Of a stretch of 64,000 nucleotides of DNA, positions 40,296 to 51,700 are shown one piece after another (the stretch's first letter is position 1; the number at the start of each line of letters is the position of its first letter). A program made the position numbers and the translations under genes. The stretch lies in NCBI GenBank assembly GCA_965113315.1, contig OZ220363.1. The stretch is one strand, 5' to 3'. The notes beneath the pieces are model-generated. The model was given only the letters and a program-made list of their open reading frames with translations, made no database searches and was not told the DNA's origin. Source of the stretch: Podarcis vaucheri. Taxonomy: Eukaryota.

Positions 40296-40427
40296 TAGCC
40301 CAAAATGTGTTCCTCCATTTGCCCCCTCCCCTTCCAGGTGATATGCTGTATTAAAAAAAACCAATTTATTGAATAGCTGTACTTTTAAATTTACCTCTGG
40401 TAAACTGGTAGTTGGATCCTCAGACAT
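14868..40427 (-). CDS. PLA2G4D: Cytosolic phospholipase A2 group IV, delta-like (delta/epsilon branch); 20 coding exons, about 816 aa
   Basis: Exons: 40395-40427 (putative start), 39510-39582, 37675-37811, 36961-37092, 35869-35909, 33776-33818, 32742-32805, 31341-31477, 29877-29990, 28324-28361, 26797-26932, 25245-25381, 23914-24136, 22183-22300, 20059-20196, 19491-19598, 18617-18808, 17021-17187, 15259-15445, 14868-15100. They sum to 2451 nt and are open. GGGCRA, GTSGS and [12 protein letters not shown] motifs are present. [16 protein letters not shown] and the position directly downstream of PLA2G4F favour delta; an epsilon-like label is possible. Confidence 0.85.
15259..15445 (-). CDS. PLA2G4D: PLA2G4D-like exon (SIEQTSEYC...LHFPLVND...KEP)
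   Basis: 187 nt. Confidence 0.93.
17021..17187 (-). CDS. PLA2G4D: PLA2G4D-like exon with catalytic Asp (SRLDQFPNQ...CLVDAAYF...NPFQ)
   Basis: 167 nt. Confidence 0.94.
17478..17840 (-). mobile_element. Sauria SINE inserted into a CR1 3' fragment (about 17290-17878)
   Basis: (ACCTTT)n tail; GGGACATGGGTGGTGCTGTGG head; TSD TAGGGTCCCTTA at 17466-17477 and 17841-17852. Confidence 0.9.
18617..18808 (-). CDS. PLA2G4D: PLA2G4D-like exon (RNHIPP...[13 protein letters not shown]...STWK)
   Basis: 192 nt. Confidence 0.9.
19491..19598 (-). CDS. PLA2G4D: PLA2G4D-like exon ([12 protein letters not shown]...IRNI)
   Basis: 108 nt. Confidence 0.92.
20059..20196 (-). CDS. PLA2G4D: PLA2G4D-like exon ([11 protein letters not shown]...CYLE)
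   Basis: 138 nt. Confidence 0.94.
20535..20850 (+). mobile_element. L2 3' fragment
   Basis: TLRSSS...[10 protein letters not shown]...[10 protein letters not shown]. Confidence 0.8.
21277..21961. mobile_element. Tc2/pogo-like MITE with GC-rich internal tandem repeats
   Basis: TIR CCGTATTTT..CCCATAGG / CCTATAGGGCGAAAAATACGG; TA flanks. Confidence 0.85.
22183..22300 (-). CDS. PLA2G4D: PLA2G4D-like exon ([10 protein letters not shown]...FDFK)
   Basis: 118 nt. Confidence 0.93.
22450..22800 (-). mobile_element. Sauria SINE
   Basis: Similar to 17478-17840. Confidence 0.85.
23301..23799. mobile_element. hAT-type non-autonomous element
   Basis: TSD CATGCCAG; degenerate CAG..CTG TIRs; internal duplication. 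Confidence 0.75.
23914..24136 (-). CDS. PLA2G4D: PLA2G4D-like exon (TMSNLYED...ILHDG)
   Basis: 223 nt. Confidence 0.93.
24240..24564 (-). mobile_element. tRNA-derived SINE (Squam1-like) with expanded (CTA)n(TTC)n tail
   Basis: Near-identical to 12119-12372; microsatellites at 24240-24328. Confidence 0.88.
25245..25381 (-). CDS. PLA2G4D: PLA2G4D-like exon with catalytic Arg/Ser ([15 protein letters not shown]...GTSGST)
   Basis: 137 nt. Confidence 0.95.
25529..26128 (-). mobile_element. L2 3' fragment with (TTA)n tail
   Basis: [14 protein letters not shown]...QNAAARLV...LHWLPV. Confidence 0.88.
26205..26468 (-). mobile_element. L2 3' fragment with (TTA)n tail
   Basis: Same family as the adjacent copy. 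Confidence 0.82.
26797..26932 (-). CDS. PLA2G4D: PLA2G4D-like exon ([13 protein letters not shown]...LDHE)
   Basis: 136 nt. Confidence 0.92.
28324..28361 (-). CDS. PLA2G4D: PLA2G4D-like exon ([12 protein letters not shown])
   Basis: 38 nt. Confidence 0.85.
29337..29704. mobile_element. Tc2/pogo-like MITE
   Basis: TIR CCGTACTTTTC.GTGCATAAG; TA flanks. Confidence 0.85.
29877..29990 (-). CDS. PLA2G4D: PLA2G4D-like exon (HCSSNGE...[11 protein letters not shown]...TASE)
   Basis: 114 nt, phase 0-0. Confidence 0.86.
31341..31477 (-). CDS. PLA2G4D: PLA2G4D-like exon ([15 protein letters not shown]...AHLQ)
   Basis: 137 nt; NAGNAG-type acceptor. Confidence 0.88.
31561..32189. mobile_element. Tigger-like non-autonomous element containing (GATT)n
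   Basis: TIR CAGTGGTACCTTGGTT. Confidence 0.82.
32742..32805 (-). CDS. PLA2G4D: PLA2G4D-like exon (ARPVACLNV...KYFK)
   Basis: 64 nt. Confidence 0.87.
32848..33586. mobile_element. Composite non-autonomous hAT element
   Basis: TIRs; TSD CTTCAAAT; internal right TIR ending at 32994. Confidence 0.9.
33776..33818 (-). CDS. PLA2G4D: PLA2G4D-like exon ([14 protein letters not shown])
   Basis: 43 nt. Confidence 0.9.
34847..35086. mobile_element. hAT/Charlie-like MITE
   Basis: CAG..TGTCCAAA / TTTGGACATGCCTG TIRs; TSD not clean. Confidence 0.65.
35869..35909 (-). CDS. PLA2G4D: PLA2G4D-like exon ([13 protein letters not shown])
   Basis: 41 nt. Confidence 0.9.
36150..36800. mobile_element. Probable truncated hAT-like element with CT-rich ~24-bp tandem repeats
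   Basis: CATGTCCAAC..GTGATCTAC start; repeats of CTTTCTCTCTCCCCCAAGCCAG; right end not found. Confidence 0.45.
36961..37092 (-). CDS. PLA2G4D: PLA2G4D-like exon ([11 protein letters not shown]...LNSE)
   Basis: 132 nt; weak donor GAG|GTGCAG. Confidence 0.88.
37156..37580. mobile_element. hAT-type MITE carrying tandem CTCATGAATATGCAAAT motifs
   Basis: TSD GACCTCAA; imperfect TIRs. Confidence 0.85.
37675..37811 (-). CDS. PLA2G4D: PLA2G4D-like exon ([15 protein letters not shown]...NQVK)
   Basis: 137 nt. Confidence 0.93.
38224..38343. mobile_element. Palindromic MITE (hairpin)
   Basis: 25-bp perfect inverted arms at 38245-38269 and 38299-38323. Confidence 0.75.
38522..38657. mobile_element. 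Small palindromic hAT MITE nested in an old tRNA-SINE
   Basis: TIR CAGGCTTCCTCA; TSD TGCTACCT. Confidence 0.88.
39510..39582 (-). CDS. PLA2G4D: PLA2G4D-like exon ([24 protein letters not shown])
   Basis: 73 nt, start of C2 domain. Confidence 0.9.
40263..40293. repeat. (AC)n microsatellite
   Basis: Seen directly. Confidence 0.9.
40395..40427 (-). CDS. PLA2G4D: PLA2G4D-like putative first coding exon ([11 protein letters not shown])
   Basis: aggATGt start; phase-0 donor GAG|GTAAAT joins in frame to the first C2 exon. Confidence 0.6.
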
Positions 40428-40829
40428 CCTGTACTCTCAAGCCTCATGCAGTCAGATGAGAAAAATGTCAGGTTGTGCTTGAGGGAACTGGTTCCTTGAC
40501 TGAAGAGGACTAGTCCCAGTTGTGTCTGCCTTTAAAGTGACAGAACTTGGTAATCGTTGTAATATAAGCAGAAACTCAACCCCACCCTCGGTGATTAAAA
40601 ACAAATACTTTAAGAGTGCTCCGTACACATATAAATAGAAAATTATTATTTTTAACAAGTTTGCACTGTATTTTTATGGTGTGGCCAACTGAGTTATGCA
40701 CATCACTAGCTGACAAAATTCCAGAGTTCCTTTCCTGGTATCCATTACCAAATGTGACCTCAGAGCTCAGAACCAAGTCATGCCCAGATTGTTAAATCAT
40801 GCAATGTAGCCATCACTTTTTACTTGTGG

Positions 40830-41215
40830 TTCAGGGTGGTAAAATTATTCAGAGTACTAAAAGGCAATATAGATTGCAAGGGGCTCCAAAAGGATCTCTC
40901 CAAACTGGGCAAATGCACTGTAAAAAGGCAAATGTGATTCAGTGTAAACAGATGTGATGTACATAGAGGCTAATTAGATAAACAAATAAATCCCATCTTC
41001 ACATATAAACTGATAAGGACTGAACTAGTGGTGACCAACCAGGAAAGAGTTATTTGGATTGTGAGGAATAGTTCAGTGAAAGTGAAGACGTAGTTTGCAA
41101 CAGCTGTGAAAAAGGTGGATTCTAAGTTAGGGATCATTAGGAAAGGATTAAAAAAATAAAACTGCTAATATAAGAATGTCCTTATATTTGGTGCAACCAC
41201 ACTTGGAATACTGTG
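40830..41215 (+). mobile_element. Degraded CR1 RT fragment
   Basis: Frameshifted LQKDLSKL..WQM.F..C-like motif. Confidence 0.65.
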
Positions 41216-41217
41216 TA

Positions 41218-41458
41218 CGGCGGAACCACGGTTTTCGAACGTAATCCGTTCTGGAAGCCTGTTCGACTTCCAAAACGTTCAAAAACCGAGGATCAAAGGG
41301 TTGCCAGCAAGTTCAATGGGGGAAATTAAGAAATGCACCTCAGAAGCCGTTCGACTTCCGAGGCACGTTCGAAAATGGAAGGATTCACTTCTGGGTTTTT
41401 GGCATTCGGCTTCCAAAATGTTCGGCAGCCAAGATGTTCAAAAACTGAGGTTTGACTG
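41218..41458. mobile_element. Tigger/mariner-like MITE
   Basis: Degenerate TIRs; similar to 51437-51686. Confidence 0.65.
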
Positions 41459-41884
41459 TGCTAGGTGAGTCTCGGGGTACCTTCCATCTTTATGGTACTA
41501 TGTTTTGAGGCATTTTAGCTTCCCTAGTGCTATAAAATGAATGCATGCTATTTTCTTATTATTTAAAAAAGGTCTCGCATTATGTTCATGTATCTCACAA
41601 AGGGGGACCTGAAACTCTTACCTGCTGTGTGTACAATTGCTACAATAGCTTGCAAAGTTTCCTCCCTTTCTGGAAGGCAGGAAAGTGCAGGTTTAGACGC
41701 ATAAGGGCTTATAATACAAGAGAGTAACCAACTTCTACAGCTGTTAAGTAGACGCAAATACAGTTTTCTCACACTAAATAGCTTTTCATTTGAAGAACAA
41801 GCCACCTCTGCTCAAAAAGCCTTAGAAATATTGCATATATTTGTATACAAACATCAAATCTGGTTGCTGTTGCATACATTAGGG

Positions 41885-42134
41885 CAGGGGTCAGCAAACT
41901 TTTTCAGCCGTGGGCCGGTCCACCGCCCCTCAGACCATGTGGTGGGCTGGACTATATTTTGAAAAAAAAAATATGAACAAATTCCTATGCCCCACAAATA
42001 ACCCAGAGATGCATTTTAAATAAAAGGACACATTCCACTCATGTAAAAACATGCTGATTCCCTGAGTCCATGGGCTGGATTGAGAAAGCAATTGGGCCGC
42101 ATCCGGGCCACGGGCCTTGGGTTGCCTACTCCTG
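41885..42134. mobile_element. hAT/Charlie-like MITE
   Basis: TIR CAGGGGT..GCAA; TSD CATTAGGG. Confidence 0.88.
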
Positions 42135-44739
42135 CATTAGGGCATTGCCTACTTGCAGGTGACCTAACAGAATACCCCACTGTGAGGCTGTTTCCTCACT
42201 ATACCAAACCACTTAGGTATCATTACACATCCGATCTGCAGAATGGCAAGGACAAATGGTGCCCCAATTACTGTCCCTGACACTGGTGGCAGATTCTATG
42301 AATTGGTGCTGTCAGCGACTGAGAGATGTCACGAGCTCCCAGCCCATGGGTGCCTGGGTGTAGGCTAAGCAAAATTCCTCACAAAGCAGGTGTCATAGTT
42401 TGACCTTAACATTTCAGGTTGTTTCTCTCACAGTTATAATTGGCATGTGAAGCAAGGTCCATTTCAAAATCCAGTGTGCGCTAAAGGTTTGCTTAATGTC
42501 TACTTGTTGATACAGGAAATAAACATAGCGATGATGATGATGATTTTAAAAATCTTTTGCTTATTTGCTTATTTTTAAACAGCCATGAGAAAAGCCTTAG
42601 GATAACCATTCATCCTCTTGATTCATTGCGTTGGCATCGCCAATATAAATACATGTAACCACCTCATTTAAGCAATACAAAATTGTAATATTAGATCACT
42701 GCACTACCCCATCATTGTCAATCACAGCATCATACTCACATTCAGCTGTACAAAAAACACGTTTTCCTGGATAGTTTTACAAATAATTTTAACAAGAAGT
42801 CACTAGAACATAATCCATATATCACTTTTAGTAACCTGGTCCAGGTCATATGATCTAGACTGTTTTATCTGACTATTATTATTATTACCGTAATTTCTAT
42901 GGCGCCCTTCATCTGAAGATCACAGGGCAGTTTACAACATAGAAACACAAAAATAAATACCCTAAGAACAACCAAAAGCAACAATGCCCCACTCATACAA
43001 CAGCAATTCATCTTTTAATTAAAACATACGCAATATTTAAATTTTCTAGATTCATTAAAACTTTGACCATGCAAAAGAGCTCCTCTGGGCAGCTTCTTGA
43101 GTAAGCGAAGGATGCAGTGGACTGCAGTGCCCAGTCAGACACAACTGTTGTCAGTAGCCCTCTTCTTCTCTGTGTTCCACACTGCGGTAAGAACCTTAAC
43201 AGGATTGCTGACTTCCCACCACATATCCTCAGTGGTCCTCATGCTATGTATAAAAGTGAATTTACAGTGCATGGTCTTTCTGCTAAGAACTCTTCACCTT
43301 TGTTTTCAATCTACTCTTCTGCTACAGCAAGTATCAACCCCCCCCTCCTTTTCCAAATTATTTTTATTAAGTATCACCTATCTCAAATTATCCCACCCAT
43401 CATTTTGCTGCAGAAATGATTAACTATAGGTGTAAAAATGGGTGGAGAACTATCCTCAGTTATGAATTTCCTGTTTGGTGTGACATTTAAATTATTTGGG
43501 CATTGGATGTTCCTTTTCAATGTTCGTGCATTTAAAAAAAATGGAACTGGCTGAAAGGTTCACAGATTGAAAAATATACACTTCTTGTGACGAGGACCTT
43601 AAAGAGCCAAACCTGCATAAACAAGCCGCTCCTCAAGCTTAATATAAGCAATTTTAAAGGCTTGAAGTTGTTTGCCTTATTAGACCACTAAGAAGTGCAA
43701 AAGCAGCTTTTGATACGGGACACTTAAGCAACGTCTCTGTTGCGCAGTTCAAGATCAGTTTACAGATTGTCATGATCACCAACTATATTTCATTAAAAAA
43801 GAAACTCTTTTGGTTTAACATGTTAAGGACTTAGCATTCTCACCCAGGTGCCAAAATGTCAATAAATTGCAACATTCAACCAGCTATCTGCCTTGTGTGA
43901 GCAGAAGTGCTTTCCAGTCGCACAAAAGTGTCTTTGGGTACATGCCACTGTCGTGAAGCATTTCACTTTAACATTTCATATTTCAATCATAATCTAAATC
44001 AATAACAACAACGAAATATTTCGTAGTCACCTTGGCTTAGACCTCAAAGTACAACAGCTCTTAGTGGCTACTGGTATTGGGATGATCCAGATCTTGTTAA
44101 CTGAATCCTAGAGACGCTGGGCAGTAAATTCTACAAGAACTTTTACCAAAGGTTGTATTCTAACTGTCATAGTTCAAATGTCAAAGGTAATATTAAAGAT
44201 ATGTAACCACTTGAAAGAACTATTTAGGCCTAGGATTAAATTAGGATTAAATAAATAAATAAGAAAAGTTAAGAAATTTGGTTATGACTGTAATACGGTT
44301 TTATGAATTATGATATTGGAAACTGCTACATTTAATTACAAGGAAATTCAGATGGAAGAGATTAGAGGAAGTCGAGTAATATGTTTATAAAGATGGATTT
44401 CAATTAATTAATTAAGTTTTCATTTATGTGGTGATATATGGGAAAATTGAAGTAGTTTATGTTTCATATTCTTTCTTTTTCTTATTCTTTTTCTCTTATT
44501 ATTGTTTATTCTCTTTTTTGTTATGCTTTTGTATGAAAAATAATAAATATTATTTTTTAAAAAATCAAATATCAAGGTGAAACATTGCTTATTTTCATGG
44601 AGAAGGACTTTGTTAATGAATATATGACACAAGGCCATATAGTGGCGGGGTATAAATAATAAATTATTATTATTATTATTAAGCAATTGAAGTCCAGCAT
44701 TACGTTAGCCCAGTGGACCCTATACAGCTGGGTATATAA

Positions 44740-44770
<31 letters not shown>

Positions 44771-45479
44771 GCACATGTATCAAATGCTGAGAATGACAGG
44801 GAGACTAGAAAAATATTTTTTATTTATAAAAGTACTGTTGTGCTTCATTACCAAAATAAAGATTAACAAAAGTTTTGAAGAAAAAAAAAATTACCTTCTT
44901 GTAAATTTCCATGATATGAAGACTCCTGTCCTCATTATTCAAACACACGGTGATTTCTTAAAATAAATAACATTCTTTGTGCACTGATGAAGAATGCCAG
45001 ACACTCAAGATGAGGGTTAAATTTGACGGTATCAGTGGTTCTTCTTCAAAGGTATTCTTTCAAGGTGTAGTAATTGCATCCCTTTACCCAGCAGAACATG
45101 TAACATTAATTTCATATTCTTTGATTAAGACTATTTACAATAGGATTACAATAAAAATAAATACAAAACAGTTCTCAGATTTCCCCACCCCGATATCAGA
45201 TGAAATATATACCCCAGTGGACATTCAGAAATGGACTTCTTAAATATTGGACCTGTAGCACTGGAAACCTACTGCCAAGTTTTATCCACTGCAAATTTTC
45301 CTTACTGAACAGAAAAAGCAAAGAACAGCTTTCTTTATATGTAAACTTAAGTTTCCAGTGCAATCAGAAGAGAATTTCACAGTGCAACATCCATTCACAT
45401 AAACAGGACCCCGCAAATATTCATTTATTTCTACTGGGATCTTTCATAAAAGCACTGCAATCCATTCACTTCCCAGTTT

Positions 45480-45703
45480 TCAAAGAGATGCTAATCCTCT
45501 TTTCTTCTTTCTTCTGCTTAAAGCCATACTTAATGCTTTAAAAACAGCTTCCTTGTTATTCAGTACATTATAGCGACTCAATTCTAGCAGTTTGTCAAAA
45601 TCTTCTGGTTCATAGGTGAAGTTTAGTGTCCAGTATGGCGAGTCTATTCCTCCAATCACAAAATCACCGAAGGATTTCTCCTCTTCTGATTCACGTTCTA
45701 TTC
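45480..45703 (-). CDS. PLA2G4F: PLA2G4F last coding exon (IERESEEEK...[11 protein letters not shown])
   Basis: 224 nt to TGA. Confidence 0.92.
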
Positions 45704-48700
45704 CTGCAGCCAGAGGAGAGGGAAAAGATACATTGCATGAATACCTTCCTTCAAACTTGTTCTGAGGCAGGAATGAGGGGTCTGTAGTCAAACAGTATCT
45801 GGAGGGCCACAACTCCCATTCTTCCTGACCACGGATCATGTTGACTGGGGCTAATTGGAGAATGAAGTTGACTGTATTTTACTATATACTGCATTTTACT
45901 ATACCACATTACAAACAAGCATAACTACTTAATCAACTGCAGGGGGGATAGTTGGCTAACCATGACAATTAAATTAACTGCTCCCTGTTCTCCCAAATTT
46001 CCAAGAAAGTGTGTCTTGCGTTATAAAAAACAACATTCATGTTTCATACAAACTGTGGACAACTGTGATTTCAAGGAGGAATGGGAACATTATACAAATC
46101 ATTTAAAAATACAACAAAAATGAACTGGACTCCTTGGCAGGTTTTGAATAAACATACACACATTGATTGTTGTTAACATGTTGGACAGATATGTAAGGAT
46201 ATATACAATTTTATAATATGCAGAGAAAATATGTGCAGCGAAATCAGGGAGAGGAGCTGAGGGAAGTCCTGGGCGGGAATAAAAAAGGGGGGTTATGTAG
46301 GTGATTATATGGCTTGATAATTTGTTGTGTGGAAATTGAGCAATAAAAAATATTTTAAAAAACCAACAACAACAACATTCATGTTTAAGATGTGTGTGTT
46401 TTTATTGGAAGTCCCAAGCAAAAATGATGATCCAAGTTCTTCATAATATGTCAGTATTGATGCTGTCCCACTAGCTAATTATAAACCACTGAAATATTAA
46501 ACCAGATCACCAGCATACGTGACAGAACTGGTTGGTAGGGTAGAGTCTTATTCATAAAGGAATTAGTAATTTTCTATTTAGATTTTCAAGTTCTACTCCT
46601 TAAAATAGACTGTTCTGAGGACACTCAGTTCATTTCCTCACCTTTTGCTGTTCTCCGGAACAGCTTAATGACCACACCAAAATCATGTTCAAAATGTTCA
46701 GTCAGTTCAACATTCTACTTGGGAATAACAGCTAGATACTTTAAAATGCAGGCTATGTAAGCTCACATGCTGACCTGGTGCTTTGTATTTGTGGAAGGTG
46801 TCATTAACGAGAGGGAAGTGAAGGACTATGGGAACCTTGGGATTCTCAGCATCCAAAAACATATAACATTCCTTGGGATTTTCTTTATCTTCCTTGGTGA
46901 AGATGATTTCTGGGAAAGGAATGTCCCGTTCTTTGCAGTACCTCTGAGTCAATTCTAAGACCTGAAGTATGAGAGGGACATAAAAAACAGTCAGGCAATT
47001 ATTAGCACCTTTTCCCTATGCTCATTTGCTTGAACTGGAACCATACTGGAAAAACTTCAGCTGAACTTGAACTAGTACCAAGCCAAGAAAACTTAACAAG
47101 CCAAAAAAAACCAACAACCTCAAGTTGACTTGCCAGGCTACAATGATTTGTCTCACCTCAAATGGCGCTTCCCAAGAATAATTGAATGATAGGATGACAT
47201 CAACATCTCTCTCTGGTTGCAGTACCAAGGGGAAGGGAGAATTGATGGAAAAGCCACCATCCACAAGGTACAGGCTTTCTTCCATTGGAGTCAACTTATT
47301 AGGGAAAGCGTCTAAATGAGTACCTGAAAAAAAGCAATACAGTATGCTAAAAATGGTGAAACAGAACCGCCAATACCTTCAATGGAAATTCAGTTTATAA
47401 TTGAATGTTTTATACTAAGAGAGGAAAAGCCATGTCTGTATTTGGCACCTGACTGGATTTTAGTGGAGATCTGACACTATTAACAGAGGATTTTCTCACT
47501 ACGCAGGTTTCATTTGCTAATCTATAAACTTTGGGGAAGGTCGGTTTTTATTCCAAAAAGAAATTTTACCTTTCCCGAGCACAAATTTATTGACTCTGAT
47601 GTAATCCTTGTGCAGGTACAATCCTTGCATGAAGTTGAAAGTTTCCCCAGCTGTAACACGAGACTTGAAGAAGTCCTGGAAAATTTGTATCAAGGGTCCG
47701 CCAGGTATAACCAGACGAGTCTTCAGCCTCATAGGATCCCGGAGATGGGATCGTCGACAGTCATCTACAATCATGAATCATGCGGTATATATATATATAT
47801 ATATGATCTACAATCTAGCCTGTGTCATCTTTAGGTTTTGAGAAAACAGATACTTCAATTAGCATGAACACTCTTTACACTTTGTGATCCCTTGTAACAA
47901 TGTGCACAAGATTTGGGTATTTCACTTTGCCATATATCTGCTGTTGAAATGTTCGTTTATATGCCACCTTTGTGCTGCCTCAATAAATAAAAACACACAA
48001 TAAATAAAATTATTTTAAATAACCAACATTAACAAAGGCAGCAGCGTTAACAGTTATTAAGAAGACCAGGTAAAACTGATATCAAGACTAAAAGAGTTAC
48101 GTTTGCTCCACCACATGTAAAATAATTTAAGGGTAAAGTTCAGATTTGGAGTTTATGTGTACCTCTCATGGTTTCACCACTTGTGAATAAGACAGCCATT
48201 TCTGACTTTCATATGTGTAAATACTATGCTACCATGTGATCTGCAACTGATAGCTCTTTATATACCATTCTCACCATTGACCAGTAAACATTCCTACAGT
48301 ATTACCAATGCTAATTGATAAGAAAAGTCACGGACACTGTGACCATGTGAAACTTACTGTTATGAGTTCAAACCTGTTGGCTTTAAGTACAGCACTCATC
48401 TGTGGAGGCATCTTTCTAGGCAGAGGCAGCCAATGTGGTGTCTCCCAGATGATGTTGGAGTGCAGTTCCCATCATTCCCGACCAATGGCCACACTGGCTG
48501 GGGCTGGTGGAAGCTGTAGTTCAATGACATCTGGAGTGCAGCACATTGCATAGGCAAACAATGTGCCAAGCTGTTATGAGCCACAGGAAGACAATGCACA
48601 CCGCCCACACTCCTATCCAAATTTGCCCCTCTTATCGGCTCAAACTTACATTCCGGGATCAATTGGAGAGGGTAGGGCTGGCTGTGTATATGGGAGGCAT

Positions 48701-51700
48701 CCACAGACCTCCTATCACTGTAACGGCTTGGTGCATTGTGTCCCAGATGTGCACAAGGAGTAGACAGAAATAAGCTTCTGTAATACTGTCTTGGGATTCC
48801 CTTCAGCAGTGCATGGGAGCTACAGCTGAGTTGGACGGGATCAAGCTGGTCATTAACCAGCAACAATCCCATGTTTTTCCCAAGAATGGTATACATGGAT
48901 TTACCTTCCCCTCTCTCCCCTGCCCCAAACATTTTATCCTCAAACAAACAACTGTTGAGTTATGATGATTGGCCCAAAGTCACACAACATTCATTGCTGA
49001 ACTTAAGATGCTCTGAATTCAAGTCGAAAACTCTGTTACAGAAATGTAACATGTGTTAGAATGAAGGGAGATGACTAAAAATAACATATCAGGAAAACAA
49101 TCTTAAGATAGGGGCCTCCTAATGCTGCCAAGGAACTCCTGGTTTGCCCTGGCAGGGTCACACATTCTTCTCAACAGCTTTGTTTCAATTGCAGTTTTTT
49201 CAAACGTTTCCCTGGCTTGTAACAAATTTTGCAATCAATTAAGTAGCTCCTCCACTTTTCTCAGGAACAAAGTTGGAATAAATCATCCCATTAGCAGATG
49301 AAAACAATTTTGATGGTATTCATAGAACAAAAAGTTCAACTACCCTTTAAATTTATGCCTCTTCTGTTGACTGGCTATTGTTTGAAAGTTAACAAGAAGG
49401 TACATAGTCTGCCAAACCAAATTCTCAAGCAAAGATATTATTGTGCAAAATAATGCAGAGCAACTTCGTTCCTTACCAATAACTTTGACAACATCACCAA
49501 GAGATTCTAGAAAGCTCAGTCCTGAACCAACCACCTTCAAAAATACATCATCCAGACTCGCAGCAAAGGCACTGCCCCACATTCCTGTAGAGTAATTAGG
49601 AAATCATTTCAAATCAAATTTAAAGGCTCTCTCCACTTTGGCAAACAAAAATATACACATGATCAAGGTACAGGCTACAACCTTATCTAGTGTTAGCTAA
49701 TATTAAACCTCAGATTCTCCACATGAAGAGGCAGGTCTGAGTTCTTTGTGCGTGCCTCCTCTAGTGGTGTTTCTAATAAGATTATTTCAAAAGAGTGCAA
49801 AGGACATTAGCAACACAAAAGCTGCAACTGTTTTCAGCTTAAAGCTATATGCTGGGACATTACTGCTAACTTTTGCAAAGTTGCCACAGGTGCAACTGTT
49901 ATTGCAAATTTTAATTATGATTTCTTGGTTGTACATTGCTCAGAAGGCATTTTGGCATATAAGCCAAAGGATATGGTGGCAAGTACTTTTAAAGGCTGCG
50001 ACTCGTGAAAAGTTTGAGATTAGATAGTGGGAAGGGGCCAGAGGACCATCCGTCCTAAGATACAACATAGCAGGCCTACCAACCCACCAACAGATCTACC
50101 TACAACAGTTAGTGTAGCTTGTACTGTAAATGTAAAGCAGAGTGTTGTCAGGAAAGTGGTTTGTTATGACTCCAAGCCAAACCACAATAGAAGGCAAATC
50201 CTCATCCACAGATGTGCCAGATTGTAAGGATAGGGGGGGGTGCAACATCAGGATGTCAGGGGGAGCCGGGGGCGGAGCTGAACACGGTGACCCCATTGGC
50301 TGGCGGCTCCTCCTGGAACTGCCACTGGTGGGAGGCTAGCTCGACTCTCCTTCCAGAAGGAGGAGGAGGAACTAGCCATGCCACACTTGGCTCTGTGTTT
50401 TGCCTCCACACTTTTGGGACATCACGGGGGGGGGGGGGGAGCGGCTCCTACTCCAAAAATATTGAGAGGCCTGAAATGGGATCAGCCCTCAGGAGATGGC
50501 AGCCCTGCTCACCCACATCTCTACTAATGTGACCCGCAAAGACATTCCTTCTCAACTTGAAATAACAGACCATGACAAAACCCACCCAACAAAACCCCTG
50601 TAGGCCATAACTGAGGAATCAGAAGGTAGTGACACATTATGCTTCATGAAGTTCTTGTCTCTGCCTTACAACCAGCACAAAGTTCATACCCTGCAGGTAG
50701 CAGATCCTGGGCTCAGAATGTTTCTTAATCAGTCGCCCCATGAAGAACTCGCTGTCAAAATCTTCTGTTCGGACAAAAGCACCATACTTGCGAAATCCAA
50801 CCTCATAGGGCGTGAACTCACACCATTCTAACAGGGAAAATACCAGCACCACATCAGAAACAGGTAAGCAAACAAGACTGCTGTATTCCCCCCAGTCAAA
50901 GTAATAAGGCTAGTTTATATGCTGCTCACGTGTTTAGCATTCACATGTTCACTATAATAATGAAACTGTGCTGTCAAATCATGACATATGAAAAAAAGGG
51001 AGAGCAAAATACTATGAGAGGAGTTAAGGCTTACGCAAAGTATTTCCTGACCCATCGCAATTAATCATCTACTTTTCTATCCTTACTATTTCTCTTCCCT
51101 CACCAGCCACCACCCCCATCCTTTCACTTCACCCTCCTTAATGGGCAGGGAAATAATCAACTGTGCAATGGCAGGTAAATGGCCCATGCTAGAGGGAAGA
51201 AAAAAACTACTTACAGATTTTATGAGAAAGAAATACACCTGCCTTACTATACCTGCAAAGTCACCACCACTAACATTGGGCCTCACATTAACGGATGCAT
51301 AGATTGGGTAGGGATTCTGCCCCCGTTTCACAGCTTCTTGCTGGTCAGACAGCTTTGACTGGTCTTCCTGAATAGAGGAGAGGCAATAAGGGTTTCAAAT
51401 TTAGAATTTACTTGCAATGCATATATATTACATATACAGTCGCACCTTGGATCCTGAACGCCTTGCAAGTCAAACGTTTTGGCTCCCAAACGCCGCAAAC
51501 CTGGAATTGACTGTTCCGGTTTGTAAACTATTTTTGGAAGCCAAAGGTCCGACAGGGCTTCCACGGCTTCCGATTGGCTGCAGGAGCTTCCTGCAGCCAA
51601 TCAGAAGCCACGCTTTGGTTTCCGAACATTTTGGAAGTCGAACGGACTTCCGTAACGGATTCCATTCAACTTCCAAAATACGACTGTAGGTGGTGATGAT

